This document shows positions 10,752 to 20,230 of a stretch of DNA of 64,000 bases, one piece after another. The stretch's first letter is position 1. Every line of letters begins with the position of its first letter. The notes beneath the pieces were generated by a model. That model worked only from the letters and a program-made list of their open reading frames with translations, was not told where the DNA came from and ran no database searches. The translations under genes were made by a program, and so were the position numbers. The DNA comes from Spirochaetia bacterium (GTDB lineage Bacteria; Spirochaetota; Spirochaetia; SZUA-6; Bin103): positions 704,001 through 768,000 of the forward strand of contig OZ241863.1 in NCBI GenBank assembly GCA_965203055.1, in the 5' to 3' direction.

Positions 10752-11260
10752 ACGGCGCCTCCGAGCTCCGGGATGCAGCGCCGCAGGGCGCGCCGGGCGG
10801 CCGCCGGAGTGGTGCCCTCGGCGAGCACCGCGAGGATCGTATCGTCCCCGGCAACGGTGCCGATGATGCCCTCGACCTGCAGCTTGTCCAGCGCGAAGGC
10901 CACGCTCGCGGCGTGGCCGGGCAGCGTATGCACCACCGCCAGGTTGCCCGAAAAGGCGAGCGACCGAAAGCCATGCAGGAATACCGACTGCAGGCTGGCG
11001 GCGGAGCCGGCCTGGTCCTGATCGCGGAAGGCATAACTGTACCCGCCGCGGCCGTCGGGCAACTTGCCCACCTTCAGAACCTTCAGATCGCGCGACAGCG
11101 TGGCCTGCGTGGTGCTCAGCCCGCTGGCCGCCAGGCTCCGCAGGAGCTGCTCCTGGCTGCCGATGGCGCCGCCGGCGATCAACTCGCGCACCGCCCGGCG
11201 GCGCGCGGCAACGTCCCGGCGCGGCGTCCGGTCCTCTCTCGACAAGGAATCGTTATGCAT
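10748..11260 (-). CDS. argR: Arginine repressor
   Basis: SQEQL, TQATLSRDL DNA-binding helix, GTVAGDDT arginine pocket. ATG 11260 preferred because 11272 overlaps the -10 box. Confidence 0.95.
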
Positions 11261-11271
11261 TATCTTGCACA
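11254..11271 (-). promoter_or_regulatory. ARG box (ArgR operator)
   Basis: TGTGCAAGATAATGCATA matches the 18-bp consensus WNTGMATWWWWATKCANW at 16/18 positions; an AT-rich island directly ahead of argR. Confidence 0.75.
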
Positions 11272-11300
11272 TTTATACTCACATCAGGGAGACCGGTCAA
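11272..11300 (-). promoter_or_regulatory. Sigma70-type promoter of the arg operon
   Basis: TTGACC (11300-11295), 17-nt spacer, TATAAA (11277-11272). Confidence 0.75.
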
Positions 11301-11363
11301 GTCCTCGCCGCCACCACAGTCCAAAGAGAACCAGCGAGAGAGCCGGCGCCGAATCGTCGTTCA

Positions 11364-11394
11364 GTTGCCCGGCGCCGGGCAACAGTGGTAGCGT
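11364..11394 (+). promoter_or_regulatory. Candidate promoter for wzz-dnaE with an overlapping perfect 20-bp palindrome
   Basis: TTGCCC-18 nt-TAGCGT with extended TG; GTTGCCCGGCGCCGGGCAAC (11364-11383) is self-complementary. Confidence 0.45.
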
Positions 11395-11426
11395 CCGCCC
11401 ATCCACCATGCCTGTCGCGCCTGCCG

Positions 11427-12725
11427 ATGTCCGCGGCTGACAACTCGCGGCCCGCGTCCGCTCACGACGACTCCATCTCGCTGCTCGATCTGCTCGGCGT
11501 ACTGGTCCGGCGCTGGCGGCTGATCGCCGGCGTTACCGCGGTCGGCGCGCCGCTGGTGTTCGGCTACGTGCTGTTGACGATGCAGGCGCCGGCGTCCGCC
11601 CCCTGGAACCTGCTGCCCGACGTCTATCGGCCGGAGGCGAAGGTCCTGCTCCTGGAACAGGAGTCGTCGGGCCTGCCCTCGCTCAACCTCGGCGGCGACG
11701 GGACCGGGGCGCTGGGGGCGCTGCTGCAGGGCGTCGGCAGCAGCCAGAGCAGCGCGGCCCTGGCCCAGGAGTTGCTGGCCGGGCGCACCATCCACGACCG
11801 GATCATCGACGAGTTCGACTTCGTGAACCGCTACGGACTCACCGAAAACCCGCGCACCCGCGCCCGCGCCCTGGTCGAAGGAGCGCTGAAGTACGAATTC
11901 GACGCCGCCTCCGGCGTGTTGTCGATCTCCTACGAGGAGCCGGAGGCGGAGTTCGCGGCCGCGGTGCTGGCGCGCACCCTGGAGCTTCTGGAGCAGCGCT
12001 TCCGCGCGCTGACCATGGAAACCGTCGAGCTGCGGAAGCGGCACCTGGAGGAGCGGCTGGCGGTGGTCGAGGCCGGCCGCCAGGCGGCCCAGGACCGGCT
12101 GGTGAGGTTTCATCGGTCGTACGGGTTCGTCGACATCCAGAACCAGTCGCAGGAGTTGACCCAGCTCCTCGCCCAATACCGGCGGGAGCTGCTCTCCAAG
12201 GAGGTGGAGATGCAATCCCTGCGCGAACTGCTGCCCGCCGGCGACCCGGCGGTCGTGCAGCTCCAGAACCAGATCGACATCGTGCGCCAGGTGCTCGACG
12301 AGCTGCAGACCGGATTCCGCTCCTTCTCCGCCCAGACCATTCCGCAGGATCAGTTGCCCGGCGTCGCCGCCGAATATCTCAACCTGCGCCGCGATCTGGA
12401 GATCCAGGAGCAGGTCTACGCCTTGCTGCGCAACCAGTACGAACTGGCGCGGATCGAGGAAACCGACCCCACGCGCACCTTCCAGGTGCTGGAAGCGGTC
12501 GAAGTGCCCGAAGTCAAGCACTGGCCGAGCCGTACCTGGAGCTGCGTCATCGGGACGCTGGTCGTGTTCCTGCTGGCGGTGCTGCTGGCGTTCTTTCTCG
12601 AGTACCTCGTCCGGGTACGCGCCCACCCGGTGGAGGCGGGCAAGCTGGACGCGATTCTCGAGCAGCTCCGCCGGCGCCCGCGCGACCGCCCGGTCACTGG
12701 ACGCACGGGACCTGACGGATTATAA
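11427..12725 (+). CDS. Polysaccharide co-polymerase / chain-length determinant (Wzz/GumC family, no kinase domain)
   Basis: DDSISLLDLL..L.RRW N-terminus, TM1, coiled-coil periplasmic region, QVLEAVEVPEVKHWPSR Pro motif, TM2. Confidence 0.85.
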   Translation: MSAADNSRPASAHDDSISLLDLLGVLVRRWRLIAGVTAVGAPLVFGYVLLTMQAPASAPWNLLPDVYRPEAKVLLLEQESSGLPSLNLGGDGTGALGALLQGVGSSQSSAALAQELLAGRTIHDRIIDEFDFVNRYGLTENPRTRARALVEGALKYEFDAASGVLSISYEEPEAEFAAAVLARTLELLEQRFRALTMETVELRKRHLEERLAVVEAGRQAAQDRLVRFHRSYGFVDIQNQSQELTQLLAQYRRELLSKEVEMQSLRELLPAGDPAVVQLQNQIDIVRQVLDELQTGFRSFSAQTIPQDQLPGVAAEYLNLRRDLEIQEQVYALLRNQYELARIEETDPTRTFQVLEAVEVPEVKHWPSRTWSCVIGTLVVFLLAVLLAFFLEYLVRVRAHPVEAGKLDAILEQLRRRPRDRPVTGRTGPDGL

Positions 12726-15700
12726 GTGCGCGAGCGCATGTCCGGCTTCGTCCATCTGCACGTCCACTCCGACTACTCGCTGCTCGACGGCGCAGCCTCC
12801 GTCGATACCCTGGTGGACAAGGCGGCGGCGTGCGGCATGAGCCACCTGGCGCTGACCGACCACGGCTCCATGTTCGGGGCGGTTTCGTTCTACGAGGCCT
12901 GCCGGGCGCGCGGCGTGACGCCGTTGATCGGCTCGGAGTGCTACGTGAGCCGCGGTTCGCGCCTGGAGCGCGGTTCCGGCAACGGCGTGCGCGGCGGCGG
13001 CCAGCGCAACTACTACCACATGGGGCTGCTGGCGCGCGACGAGACCGGCTACCGCAACCTGATGCAGCTCTCCACCATCGGCTACACCGAGGGGTTCTAC
13101 TACCGCCCGCGTATCGATGACGAAGTGCTGGCGCGCCACGCGGAGGGCCTGATCGGGTTCTCCGGCTGCCTGTCGGCGCAGATCCCGGCCCTCATACGGG
13201 AGCAGCGCGTCGCCGAGGCCACCGATCTCGCCGTCCGCTACCGCGACATGTTCGGCGCCGGCCACTACTACCTGGAGCTGCAGGACCACGGGCTGCAGGA
13301 GCAGGAGACGCTCAACCGTACCTTGATCGAGATGGCGCGGCGTACCGGCATCCCGCTGGTGGCCACCAACGACGTCCACTACGCCGAGCGCGACGACGCG
13401 CACGCCCAGGACGTCCTGATCTGCGTGGGCACCGGCAAGCGGCTCAGCGAAACCGACCGCCTCCGGTTCGACTCCCAGGAGTTCTACTTCAAGGACGAGG
13501 CGGAGATGCGGCGCCTGTTCGACGGCGTGCCCGAGGCGTTGCGCAACACCCGCGAGGTGGCCGAGCGCTGCCAGCTCGAGATTCCGCAGCCCGGGCCCCT
13601 GTTGCCGGATTACGAGGTGCCGTCCGGGCACACCCAGGAGAGCTATCTGCGCCAGGTCGCCGGCGCCGGGCTGGAGCGGCGCTACGCCACCGTTACGCCG
13701 GAGCTGCGCGCCCGCCTCGACTACGAGTTGGGCGTGATCGAACGCATGGGCTACGCCGGGTACTTCCTCATCGTGTGGGACTTCATTTCCTTCGCCCGGG
13801 ACCGCAATCTGCCGGTGGGGCCGGGGCGCGGGTCCGGCGCCGGTTCGCTGGTCGCCTACGCGCTGCGCATTACCGACATCGAGCCGTTCGCCTACGGCCT
13901 GGTGTTCGAGCGGTTCCTCAACCCGGAGCGTATTTCGATGCCCGACTTCGACATCGACTTCTGCTACGAACGCCGCGGCGAGGTGATCTCCTACGTCTCC
14001 CAAAAGTACGGCGCCGACCGGGTGGCCCAGATCATCACCTTCGGGACCTTGAAGGCGCGCGCCGTGATCCGCGACGTGGCGCGGGTGCTGGAGATTCCCT
14101 ACGCCGAGGCGGACGCCATCGCCAAGCTGGTGCCGGCCGGCCCCAAGAGCAGCCTGCAGGCCGCGCTCAAGCAGGAGGGCGGCCTGCGCGAGGTGCGCGA
14201 CCGCGGCGGCGCCTTCGCCGACCTGATCGATACCGGCCTGAAGCTGGAGGGCCTGGCGCGCCACGCCTCCACCCATGCCGCCGGCATCGTGATCGGGCGC
14301 GAGGCGCTGACCAACTACGTGCCCCTCTACCGCGACACCCGCAGCGGGGCGATTTCCACCCAGTACACCGGCGAGGACGTGCTGCAGGGCTGCGGCCTGG
14401 TGAAGATGGACTTCCTGGGCCTCAAGACCCTTACCGTGATCGAAAATACGGTGCGCCTGATCCGCGCCCGGCAGGAGGCGCAGGAGGCCGGCGAGCGGTT
14501 CGATCTGGCCGCGGCGCCGGAGGATGATCCGGCCACCTACGAAATGCTCGGCGCCGGCAAGGCGACCTGCGTGTTCCAGTTCGAGAGTTCCGGCATGCGC
14601 AGCTTGTTGACCCGCGCGCAGCCGCGCCGAATTCAGGATCTGATGGCCCTCACCTCGTTGTACCGGCCCGGCCCGATGCAGTTCATGGACCAGTTCATCG
14701 ACGCCAAGGCGGAACGGGCGCGCGTCACCTACCCGCTGCCGGAACTGGAGCCGATACTGGAGGAAACCTACGGCGTCATCATCTATCAGGAGCAGGTGAT
14801 GAAGATCGCCCAGGTGGTAGCCGGCTACTCCCTGGGCCAGGCCGACATCCTGCGCCGCGCCATGGGCAAGAAGAAGCCCAAGGAGATGGAGGAGCAGCGC
14901 GAGCGCTTCATCAGCGGCGCGCGCGCCAACGGCCACTCCCGGAAGGCGGCGGTCAACCTGTTCGAGATGTTGGCGCCGTTCGCGGAGTATGGGTTTCCGA
15001 AGGCGCATGCCGCGGCCTACTCGGTGCTCTCGTTCCAGACCGCGTACCTGAAGGCGCACTTCCCGGCCGAGTTCATGGCCGCCAACCTGACCAACGAGAT
15101 GGCCGACTCCGACAAGCTGGCGGAATACATCGCCGAAGCGCGCGACATGGGGTTGGAGGTGCTCCCGCCCGACGTCAACCTGTCGGTGGGCGACTTCTCG
15201 GTGGCGGAGGACAAGATCGTCTACGGCCTGCAGGGCATCAAGAACGTCGGCGCCGGCGCGGTAGCCGAAATCATCGCCCGCCGCGCCGAGGGAGGCGCCT
15301 ACCGCGATCTGGTCGACTTTCTGGAGCGCGTGGACCTGGGGCAGGTGAACCGCAAGGTGGTGGAGACCATGATCCAGGTGGGCGCCTTCGACCGGCTGCG
15401 CGGGAGCCACAACCGGGCCACGCTGCTGGCCAACGTGGAGCGGTTGCTGGACGAGGTGGCGACGGAGAAGGAGAGCCGCCGCTACGGCCAGCAGTCGCTG
15501 TTCGACGACGCCGCGGAGTTGCCGCGCCGCTACACCATGGAGCCGCAGGAGGAGTGGCCGCAGCACGAGAAGCTGCAGTTGGAGAAGATGGCGCTCGGCA
15601 TGTTCTTTTCCGGTCATCCGTTGGACCAGTACCGCGAACTGATGGAGCGCAAGGCCGCGGTGCGGCTGGCGGACCTGACCGACTACGCCCGCGACGGCGT

Positions 15701-16202
15701 CAAGGGCGACGCCCGGGTGAACGCGATCGGCGTGGTGGGGGAGATCCGCGAGATCCAGACCCGCAACGGCCGCCCGATGGCGTTCGCCAGCCTGGAGGAC
15801 ACCTCCGGCAGCGCCGAGATGGTGATATTCTCCGACCCGTTCAGCGCCGGCCGGACGTTGCTGGAGAGCGGCGCGGTGGTGGCCGTGGCCGCTACCGTGG
15901 ACCGCAGCCGGGGCGCTCCCAAGCTGCTGGTGGAATCGCTCAGCGAGCCGCAGCAGATGCCGGACCGCGCGGCGCGGTCGCTGCACCTGCGGGTGGACGC
16001 GGCGGCTACCGAGGAGCAGCTCCTCGACCTGCGCGAGCGCTGCATTGCCGTGCGCGGCGAGCTGGAACTGTTCATCCACTACGCGGGGCGCGGCCGCGAG
16101 GTGGTGATCAAGGCGTCCCACTACCTGCGGGTGGACGGCGGCAACGCGGCGCTGGACGACCTGCGCCGCGTGCCGCAGGTAAGCGAGGCGTGGACCGAAT
16201 GA
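12726..16202 (+). CDS. dnaE: DNA polymerase III subunit alpha
   Basis: FVHLHVHSDYSLLDG PHP domain, GPGRGSGAGS, FERFLNPER.SMPDFDIDF, KMDFLGL, C-terminal OB fold. Alternative ATG at 12738. Confidence 0.98.
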   Translation: MRERMSGFVHLHVHSDYSLLDGAASVDTLVDKAAACGMSHLALTDHGSMFGAVSFYEACRARGVTPLIGSECYVSRGSRLERGSGNGVRGGGQRNYYHMGLLARDETGYRNLMQLSTIGYTEGFYYRPRIDDEVLARHAEGLIGFSGCLSAQIPALIREQRVAEATDLAVRYRDMFGAGHYYLELQDHGLQEQETLNRTLIEMARRTGIPLVATNDVHYAERDDAHAQDVLICVGTGKRLSETDRLRFDSQEFYFKDEAEMRRLFDGVPEALRNTREVAERCQLEIPQPGPLLPDYEVPSGHTQESYLRQVAGAGLERRYATVTPELRARLDYELGVIERMGYAGYFLIVWDFISFARDRNLPVGPGRGSGAGSLVAYALRITDIEPFAYGLVFERFLNPERISMPDFDIDFCYERRGEVISYVSQKYGADRVAQIITFGTLKARAVIRDVARVLEIPYAEADAIAKLVPAGPKSSLQAALKQEGGLREVRDRGGAFADLIDTGLKLEGLARHASTHAAGIVIGREALTNYVPLYRDTRSGAISTQYTGEDVLQGCGLVKMDFLGLKTLTVIENTVRLIRARQEAQEAGERFDLAAAPEDDPATYEMLGAGKATCVFQFESSGMRSLLTRAQPRRIQDLMALTSLYRPGPMQFMDQFIDAKAERARVTYPLPELEPILEETYGVIIYQEQVMKIAQVVAGYSLGQADILRRAMGKKKPKEMEEQRERFISGARANGHSRKAAVNLFEMLAPFAEYGFPKAHAAAYSVLSFQTAYLKAHFPAEFMAANLTNEMADSDKLAEYIAEARDMGLEVLPPDVNLSVGDFSVAEDKIVYGLQGIKNVGAGAVAEIIARRAEGGAYRDLVDFLERVDLGQVNRKVVETMIQVGAFDRLRGSHNRATLLANVERLLDEVATEKESRRYGQQSLFDDAAELPRRYTMEPQEEWPQHEKLQLEKMALGMFFSGHPLDQYRELMERKAAVRLADLTDYARDGVKGDARVNAIGVVGEIREIQTRNGRPMAFASLEDTSGSAEMVIFSDPFSAGRTLLESGAVVAVAATVDRSRGAPKLLVESLSEPQQMPDRAARSLHLRVDAAATEEQLLDLRERCIAVRGELELFIHYAGRGREVVIKASHYLRVDGGNAALDDLRRVPQVSEAWTE

Positions 16203-17473
16203 GCCGCATCGGCATCGGCCTGGTGGGAATGGGTACCGCCGGCAGCGCGTTCGTGCGTCTCCTGGCCAGCAATGGCGCCGCCTTGACGCAGCGTTTCGGC
16301 GTCGAGGTGGAGCTGGTGCGGATCGGAGTGGCCGATCTCGACAAGCCGCGCGCGGTCGTTCCGGCGCCGTTGGCGCAGGGCTACCGCGAGGTGTTGGCCG
16401 ATCCGGCGGTGGACGTGGTGGTCGAGTTGATGGGCGGCGTGGAGCAGCCGCGCGAACTGCTCACCGCCGCCATCCGCGCCGGCAAGCACGTGATCACCGC
16501 CAACAAGGCGTTGATCGCGGAGCATGGCGACCAACTGCTGGCGCTGGCCCGGCGGCACGGCGTGCAGCTTCGCTTCGAGGCCTCGGTCTGCGGCGGCATC
16601 CCGGTCATCAAGGTGATCCGCGAGAGTCTGAGCGCCAACCGCATCCGCAGTCTCACCGGCATCGTGAACGGCACCACCAACTACATTCTGACCCGCATGA
16701 CGCAGGCGGGAGCGTCATTCGCGGAAGCTCTGGCCGAGGCGCAGGAACGCGGTTACGCCGAAGCCGATCCGACCCTGGACGTGGACGGCACCGACGCGGT
16801 GCAGAAGATGGCGATTCTCAGCAGTCTAGCGTTTGGCGGCTGGTGCCGCTATCGGGATGCGCTGTGGGAAGGGATCGAGAGCGTAACCGCGAAGGACGTT
16901 GCGTTTGCGCGCATGTCGGGGTTCGTCTTCAAGTTGGTGGCCAGCGGTCGAATCATCGATGGGTTGACCTCGGTGGCGGTGTTCCCGGCGCTGGTGGCCG
17001 ACGACCATCCCCTGGCGGGAGTGGGCAATGAGTTCAACGCGGTGCTCATCGATTCCGACTTCCAGGGCCCGTCGGTGCTGATCGGGCGCGGCGCCGGCGG
17101 CGAGCCGACCGCGTCGTCGGTGGCCGCCGACCTGAGCGACCTGCTGGCCGGGAGCGCGCCCGCGGGGCCGGCGGCCGCGCCCGGCAAGTTGTTTCCGCCG
17201 GAGCGGCTCACCTTCCGCTACTACTTTCACTTCGTCACCGAGAACCGGCCCGGCATCTGGGCGCAGGTCACCGGGTTGTTGGCCGAGCATGGCATCAACA
17301 TCGAGTCGGTGCACCAGAAGTGGGAGGACCCCGAACAGCCGTCGGACCTCTACGTCCTGGTGGACCCGGTGGCGGAGCGGCGCGCGCGGGCGGCGTTGAG
17401 CGCCATCAGGGCCGCGCCCGGCATCTTTCCGGAATCACGTTTCTATCGCATACTTCCCGATGAGCCAGAGTAA
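16199..17473 (+). CDS. hom: Homoserine dehydrogenase with C-terminal ACT domain
   Basis: GLVGMGTAG, VITANKA, FEASVCGGIP, NGTTNYIL, GYAEADPT.DVDG.D, GAGGEPTAS, NRPGI ACT; ATGA overlap with dnaE. Confidence 0.95.
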   Translation: MSRIGIGLVGMGTAGSAFVRLLASNGAALTQRFGVEVELVRIGVADLDKPRAVVPAPLAQGYREVLADPAVDVVVELMGGVEQPRELLTAAIRAGKHVITANKALIAEHGDQLLALARRHGVQLRFEASVCGGIPVIKVIRESLSANRIRSLTGIVNGTTNYILTRMTQAGASFAEALAEAQERGYAEADPTLDVDGTDAVQKMAILSSLAFGGWCRYRDALWEGIESVTAKDVAFARMSGFVFKLVASGRIIDGLTSVAVFPALVADDHPLAGVGNEFNAVLIDSDFQGPSVLIGRGAGGEPTASSVAADLSDLLAGSAPAGPAAAPGKLFPPERLTFRYYFHFVTENRPGIWAQVTGLLAEHGINIESVHQKWEDPEQPSDLYVLVDPVAERRARAALSAIRAAPGIFPESRFYRILPDEPE

Positions 17474-17524
17474 CGCGCCCGGCCGCCGAGCAGCCGGACG
17501 CGGGCCGTGGCTCCGGTAGCCGCC

Positions 17525-18133
17525 ATGCAGGATTTCTTTCGTGTCATCAACATTGCCCTGATCGCCTATCTGCTGCTCATCGTGCTGCGCAGCATGACCT
17601 CCTGGATGCGCGGGATGACGCCGGGCGCAGCCGCCAACACCATCGCCCGCTACCTGCGCCAGGCCACCGACCCCTATCTGCAGCTCTTCCACCGCTTCTC
17701 GTTCCTGCGCTCCGGGGGCATGGACTTTACGCCGCTGGCCGGCATCTTCGTGCTGGTGGTGGCCTCCGAGATGACGCGCCAGTTGGCCAACCAGCAGCAG
17801 GTCACCGCCGGCTACTTCCTCGGCGTGGCGGTGTTCGCGGCGTGGCGCATGCTGTCGGTCGTGGTACTGGTGTTCCTGGTGGCCTGCGTCGCGCGGTTCG
17901 TCATTCTGCGCTTCCTCGGGCGCACCGATACGCCGCTGGCGCGGATGGTGCAGGCCCTGACGCAGGCCCCGGTGCGCGCCGCGGCGCGCTACGTCCCGCT
18001 GGGAGAGCATGGCAGCGAGACCAATTACCTGTTGCTTGCCAGCGTCATTCTGTTCGGGATCTGGATCGTCGGGCGGGTGGTGGCAGAGACGCTGGTGAGG
18101 TATCTGATCACTCTCAACCAGCCGCTCGGCTAG
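17525..18133 (+). CDS. YggT-family membrane protein
   Basis: Y.LLI..R..TSW, ATDPYL..F, G.MDFTPL motifs; several TM helices. Confidence 0.8.
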   Translation: MQDFFRVINIALIAYLLLIVLRSMTSWMRGMTPGAAANTIARYLRQATDPYLQLFHRFSFLRSGGMDFTPLAGIFVLVVASEMTRQLANQQQVTAGYFLGVAVFAAWRMLSVVVLVFLVACVARFVILRFLGRTDTPLARMVQALTQAPVRAAARYVPLGEHGSETNYLLLASVILFGIWIVGRVVAETLVRYLITLNQPLG

Positions 18134-18167
18134 CGCCCCGCGGCGCCGGCCCCCGGCAGGCAGCGGC

Positions 18168-20225
18168 GTGCTGCTGGCAGCGCTGACCGAGCCGCTGATC
18201 GGCCTGCGCGGCGTGGGCCCGGCGGCGGTGCGCGCCATGGCGCGGCTGGGGGTGACGACCGTGGGCGAGCTGCTCGAGCACTTCCCGCGCGACCACGAAG
18301 ACCGCAGCCGCGTGACCCCGCTGGAGCTGGCCGCTCCCGGCCGCCCGCTAGTGGTGCAGGCGACGGTCGCGGCCCACCGCTGGTTCGGCCCGGGCGGGCG
18401 CCATCTGCGGGTGGAGCTGGCGGCCGAGCGCTCCGGGGAGCCGCCCCGCGCCGCGCTGCTCTGCTTCGGGCGCCGCTTTCTCGCCCGCTCCCTCCCCGTC
18501 GGCGCCCGCGTCACGGTGGCGGCGTCGTTCGAGCGGCGCGGCGGGCGGCTGGAGGCGGCGTCGTTCGAACTCCGGCGCGGCGCCGACGCCGCCGGCTTCG
18601 GGCGCATCATTCCGATCTATCCCCTTACCGAAGGAGTGCGCCCGGCGATGTTGCGCCGGATGATGCTCGCCGCGTGCGGCCGCCTGGGCGGGCTGGATAC
18701 CCCCTGGGATGCCGGTTGCCGGCGCCGCTGCCTGTTGCCGGTGGCCGCCGCGGTGCGGGCGCTGCACTTCCCCGACGATGCCGCCGCGCTGCGCCGCGCG
18801 CGCACCTCGCTCGCCTACGCCGAACTGCTGCGGCTGCAGACGGCGCTGTACCGGCGGCGCCCGCCGCGGCGCGTGCCGCGGCGCGCGGCCGGCGCGTTGC
18901 CCGGCCGGGTCGCCGGCGGACTGCGGTTTGCCCTTACCGGCGACCAGGAGGCGGCCCTGCGGGAGATCGTCGCCGGACTGCGCGCGCCGCGGCCCAGCGC
19001 CCGCCTGTTGCAGGGGGAGGTGGGCTGCGGCAAGACCCTGGTGGCGCTGCTGGCCGCCGCCTGGGTAATCGAGGCGCAGGAGCAGGTGGCGCTGATCGTG
19101 CCGACGGAACTGCTCGCGCGCCAGCACGCCCGCACCGCGGCGGCCATTCTCGGCCCCTGCGGGATCAAGGTGACGCTGTTGACCGGCGGGGCGTTGCCCG
19201 GCGCCGGCCGGCAGGCGCTGTTGGCGGCGCTGCGGCGGCGCGAGGTCGACCTGGTCGTGGGCACCCAGGCGCTGCTGCAGGAGGACGTGGCGTTCGCCGC
19301 CCTGGGGCTGGTGATCGTGGACGAGCAGCACCGCTTCGGGGTGGCCCAGCGGCGCCGCCTGCGGGAGCGCAATCCGGCGGCCGACCTGTTGCTCATGACG
19401 GCGACGCCGATCCCGCGCTCCCTCGCATTGACCGTGTACGGCGATCTGGAGCTGTCGGTGATTCGGCAGTTGCCGCCGGGGCGTTGCGCGGTTCGCACCT
19501 ACCTGGCGCGCAGCGACCGGTTGGGCGAGGTGTTCGCCCGGGTGCGCGGCGAGTTGGCCGGCGGCGGCCAGGCGTACTTCGTGGCTCCCCGGATCGGCGC
19601 GCCCGCGGCGGGCGCCGCCGGCGCGGACGGGGCGCCGGAGCACCCGGAGCCGGCGCCCGCCGCGCTTGGCGCAGTTCCCGACGCGCTGTCGCTGCACGCC
19701 TCCCTGAGCGCGGAGGTGTACCCGGAGTTCCGCGTCGGGTTGATCCACGGCGCCCTGCCGGAGCAGCGGAAGCACGCCGCCATGGAGGCCTTCCGCAACG
19801 GCGAGCTGGCGGTACTGGTGGCGACCACGGTGGTCGAGGTCGGCGTCGACGTCGCCGCCGCCACCGGCATGGTGGTGCTGGGCGCCGAACGGTTCGGACT
19901 GGCCACCCTGCACCAACTGCGCGGCCGCGTCGGGCGCGGCGCGCGCCCCGGCTACGCGTTTCTGGTCTACACGCCGCCGCTCGCCGCCGCCGGGGTAGAG
20001 CGGCTGCGGGCGTTGAAGGAGACCGGCGACGGATTCGAGCTGGCCGAGCGCGACCTGGCGCAGCGCGGACCGGGCGAGCTGCTCGGGCTGCGGCAGGCGG
20101 GCCTGCCCGAGTTGCGGATCGCGGAGTTGGGGCGCGATCTGGAGCTGGCCCGGCAGGCGCGGCGCGATGCCCGCGGCGCCCTTGCCGGGGAAGGCGCGGC
20201 GCCGGCCGCGGACTGCCCGGGGTAG
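18168..20225 (+). CDS. recG: ATP-dependent DNA helicase RecG
   Basis: RLLQGEVGCGKT, PTELLARQH, DEQHRFGV.QR, MTATPIPRSL, TTVVEVGVDV, LHQLRGRVGRG, DGFELAE.DL..RGPG. Confidence 0.96.
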   Translation: MLLAALTEPLIGLRGVGPAAVRAMARLGVTTVGELLEHFPRDHEDRSRVTPLELAAPGRPLVVQATVAAHRWFGPGGRHLRVELAAERSGEPPRAALLCFGRRFLARSLPVGARVTVAASFERRGGRLEAASFELRRGADAAGFGRIIPIYPLTEGVRPAMLRRMMLAACGRLGGLDTPWDAGCRRRCLLPVAAAVRALHFPDDAAALRRARTSLAYAELLRLQTALYRRRPPRRVPRRAAGALPGRVAGGLRFALTGDQEAALREIVAGLRAPRPSARLLQGEVGCGKTLVALLAAAWVIEAQEQVALIVPTELLARQHARTAAAILGPCGIKVTLLTGGALPGAGRQALLAALRRREVDLVVGTQALLQEDVAFAALGLVIVDEQHRFGVAQRRRLRERNPAADLLLMTATPIPRSLALTVYGDLELSVIRQLPPGRCAVRTYLARSDRLGEVFARVRGELAGGGQAYFVAPRIGAPAAGAAGADGAPEHPEPAPAALGAVPDALSLHASLSAEVYPEFRVGLIHGALPEQRKHAAMEAFRNGELAVLVATTVVEVGVDVAAATGMVVLGAERFGLATLHQLRGRVGRGARPGYAFLVYTPPLAAAGVERLRALKETGDGFELAERDLAQRGPGELLGLRQAGLPELRIAELGRDLELARQARRDARGALAGEGAAPAADCPG

Positions 20226-20230
20226 CGGGT

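Noticed and set aside
12720..16121. 1133-aa antisense ORF opposite dnaE (similar ones opposite argG/argD, rpoB, rpoC, secY, rny and the TPR gene)
   Set aside because: Shadow ORFs expected from very high third-position GC; no recognisable motifs, and the sense genes are unambiguous.
15554..16198. N-terminal extensions of ORF-track calls for hom, argG, rsmD, rpsG, rplE, rplW and the UDPGP gene, suggesting fusions or frameshifts
   Set aside because: The extensions are stop-free off-frame readings of the upstream gene; each real protein has a start at the expected family N-terminus.
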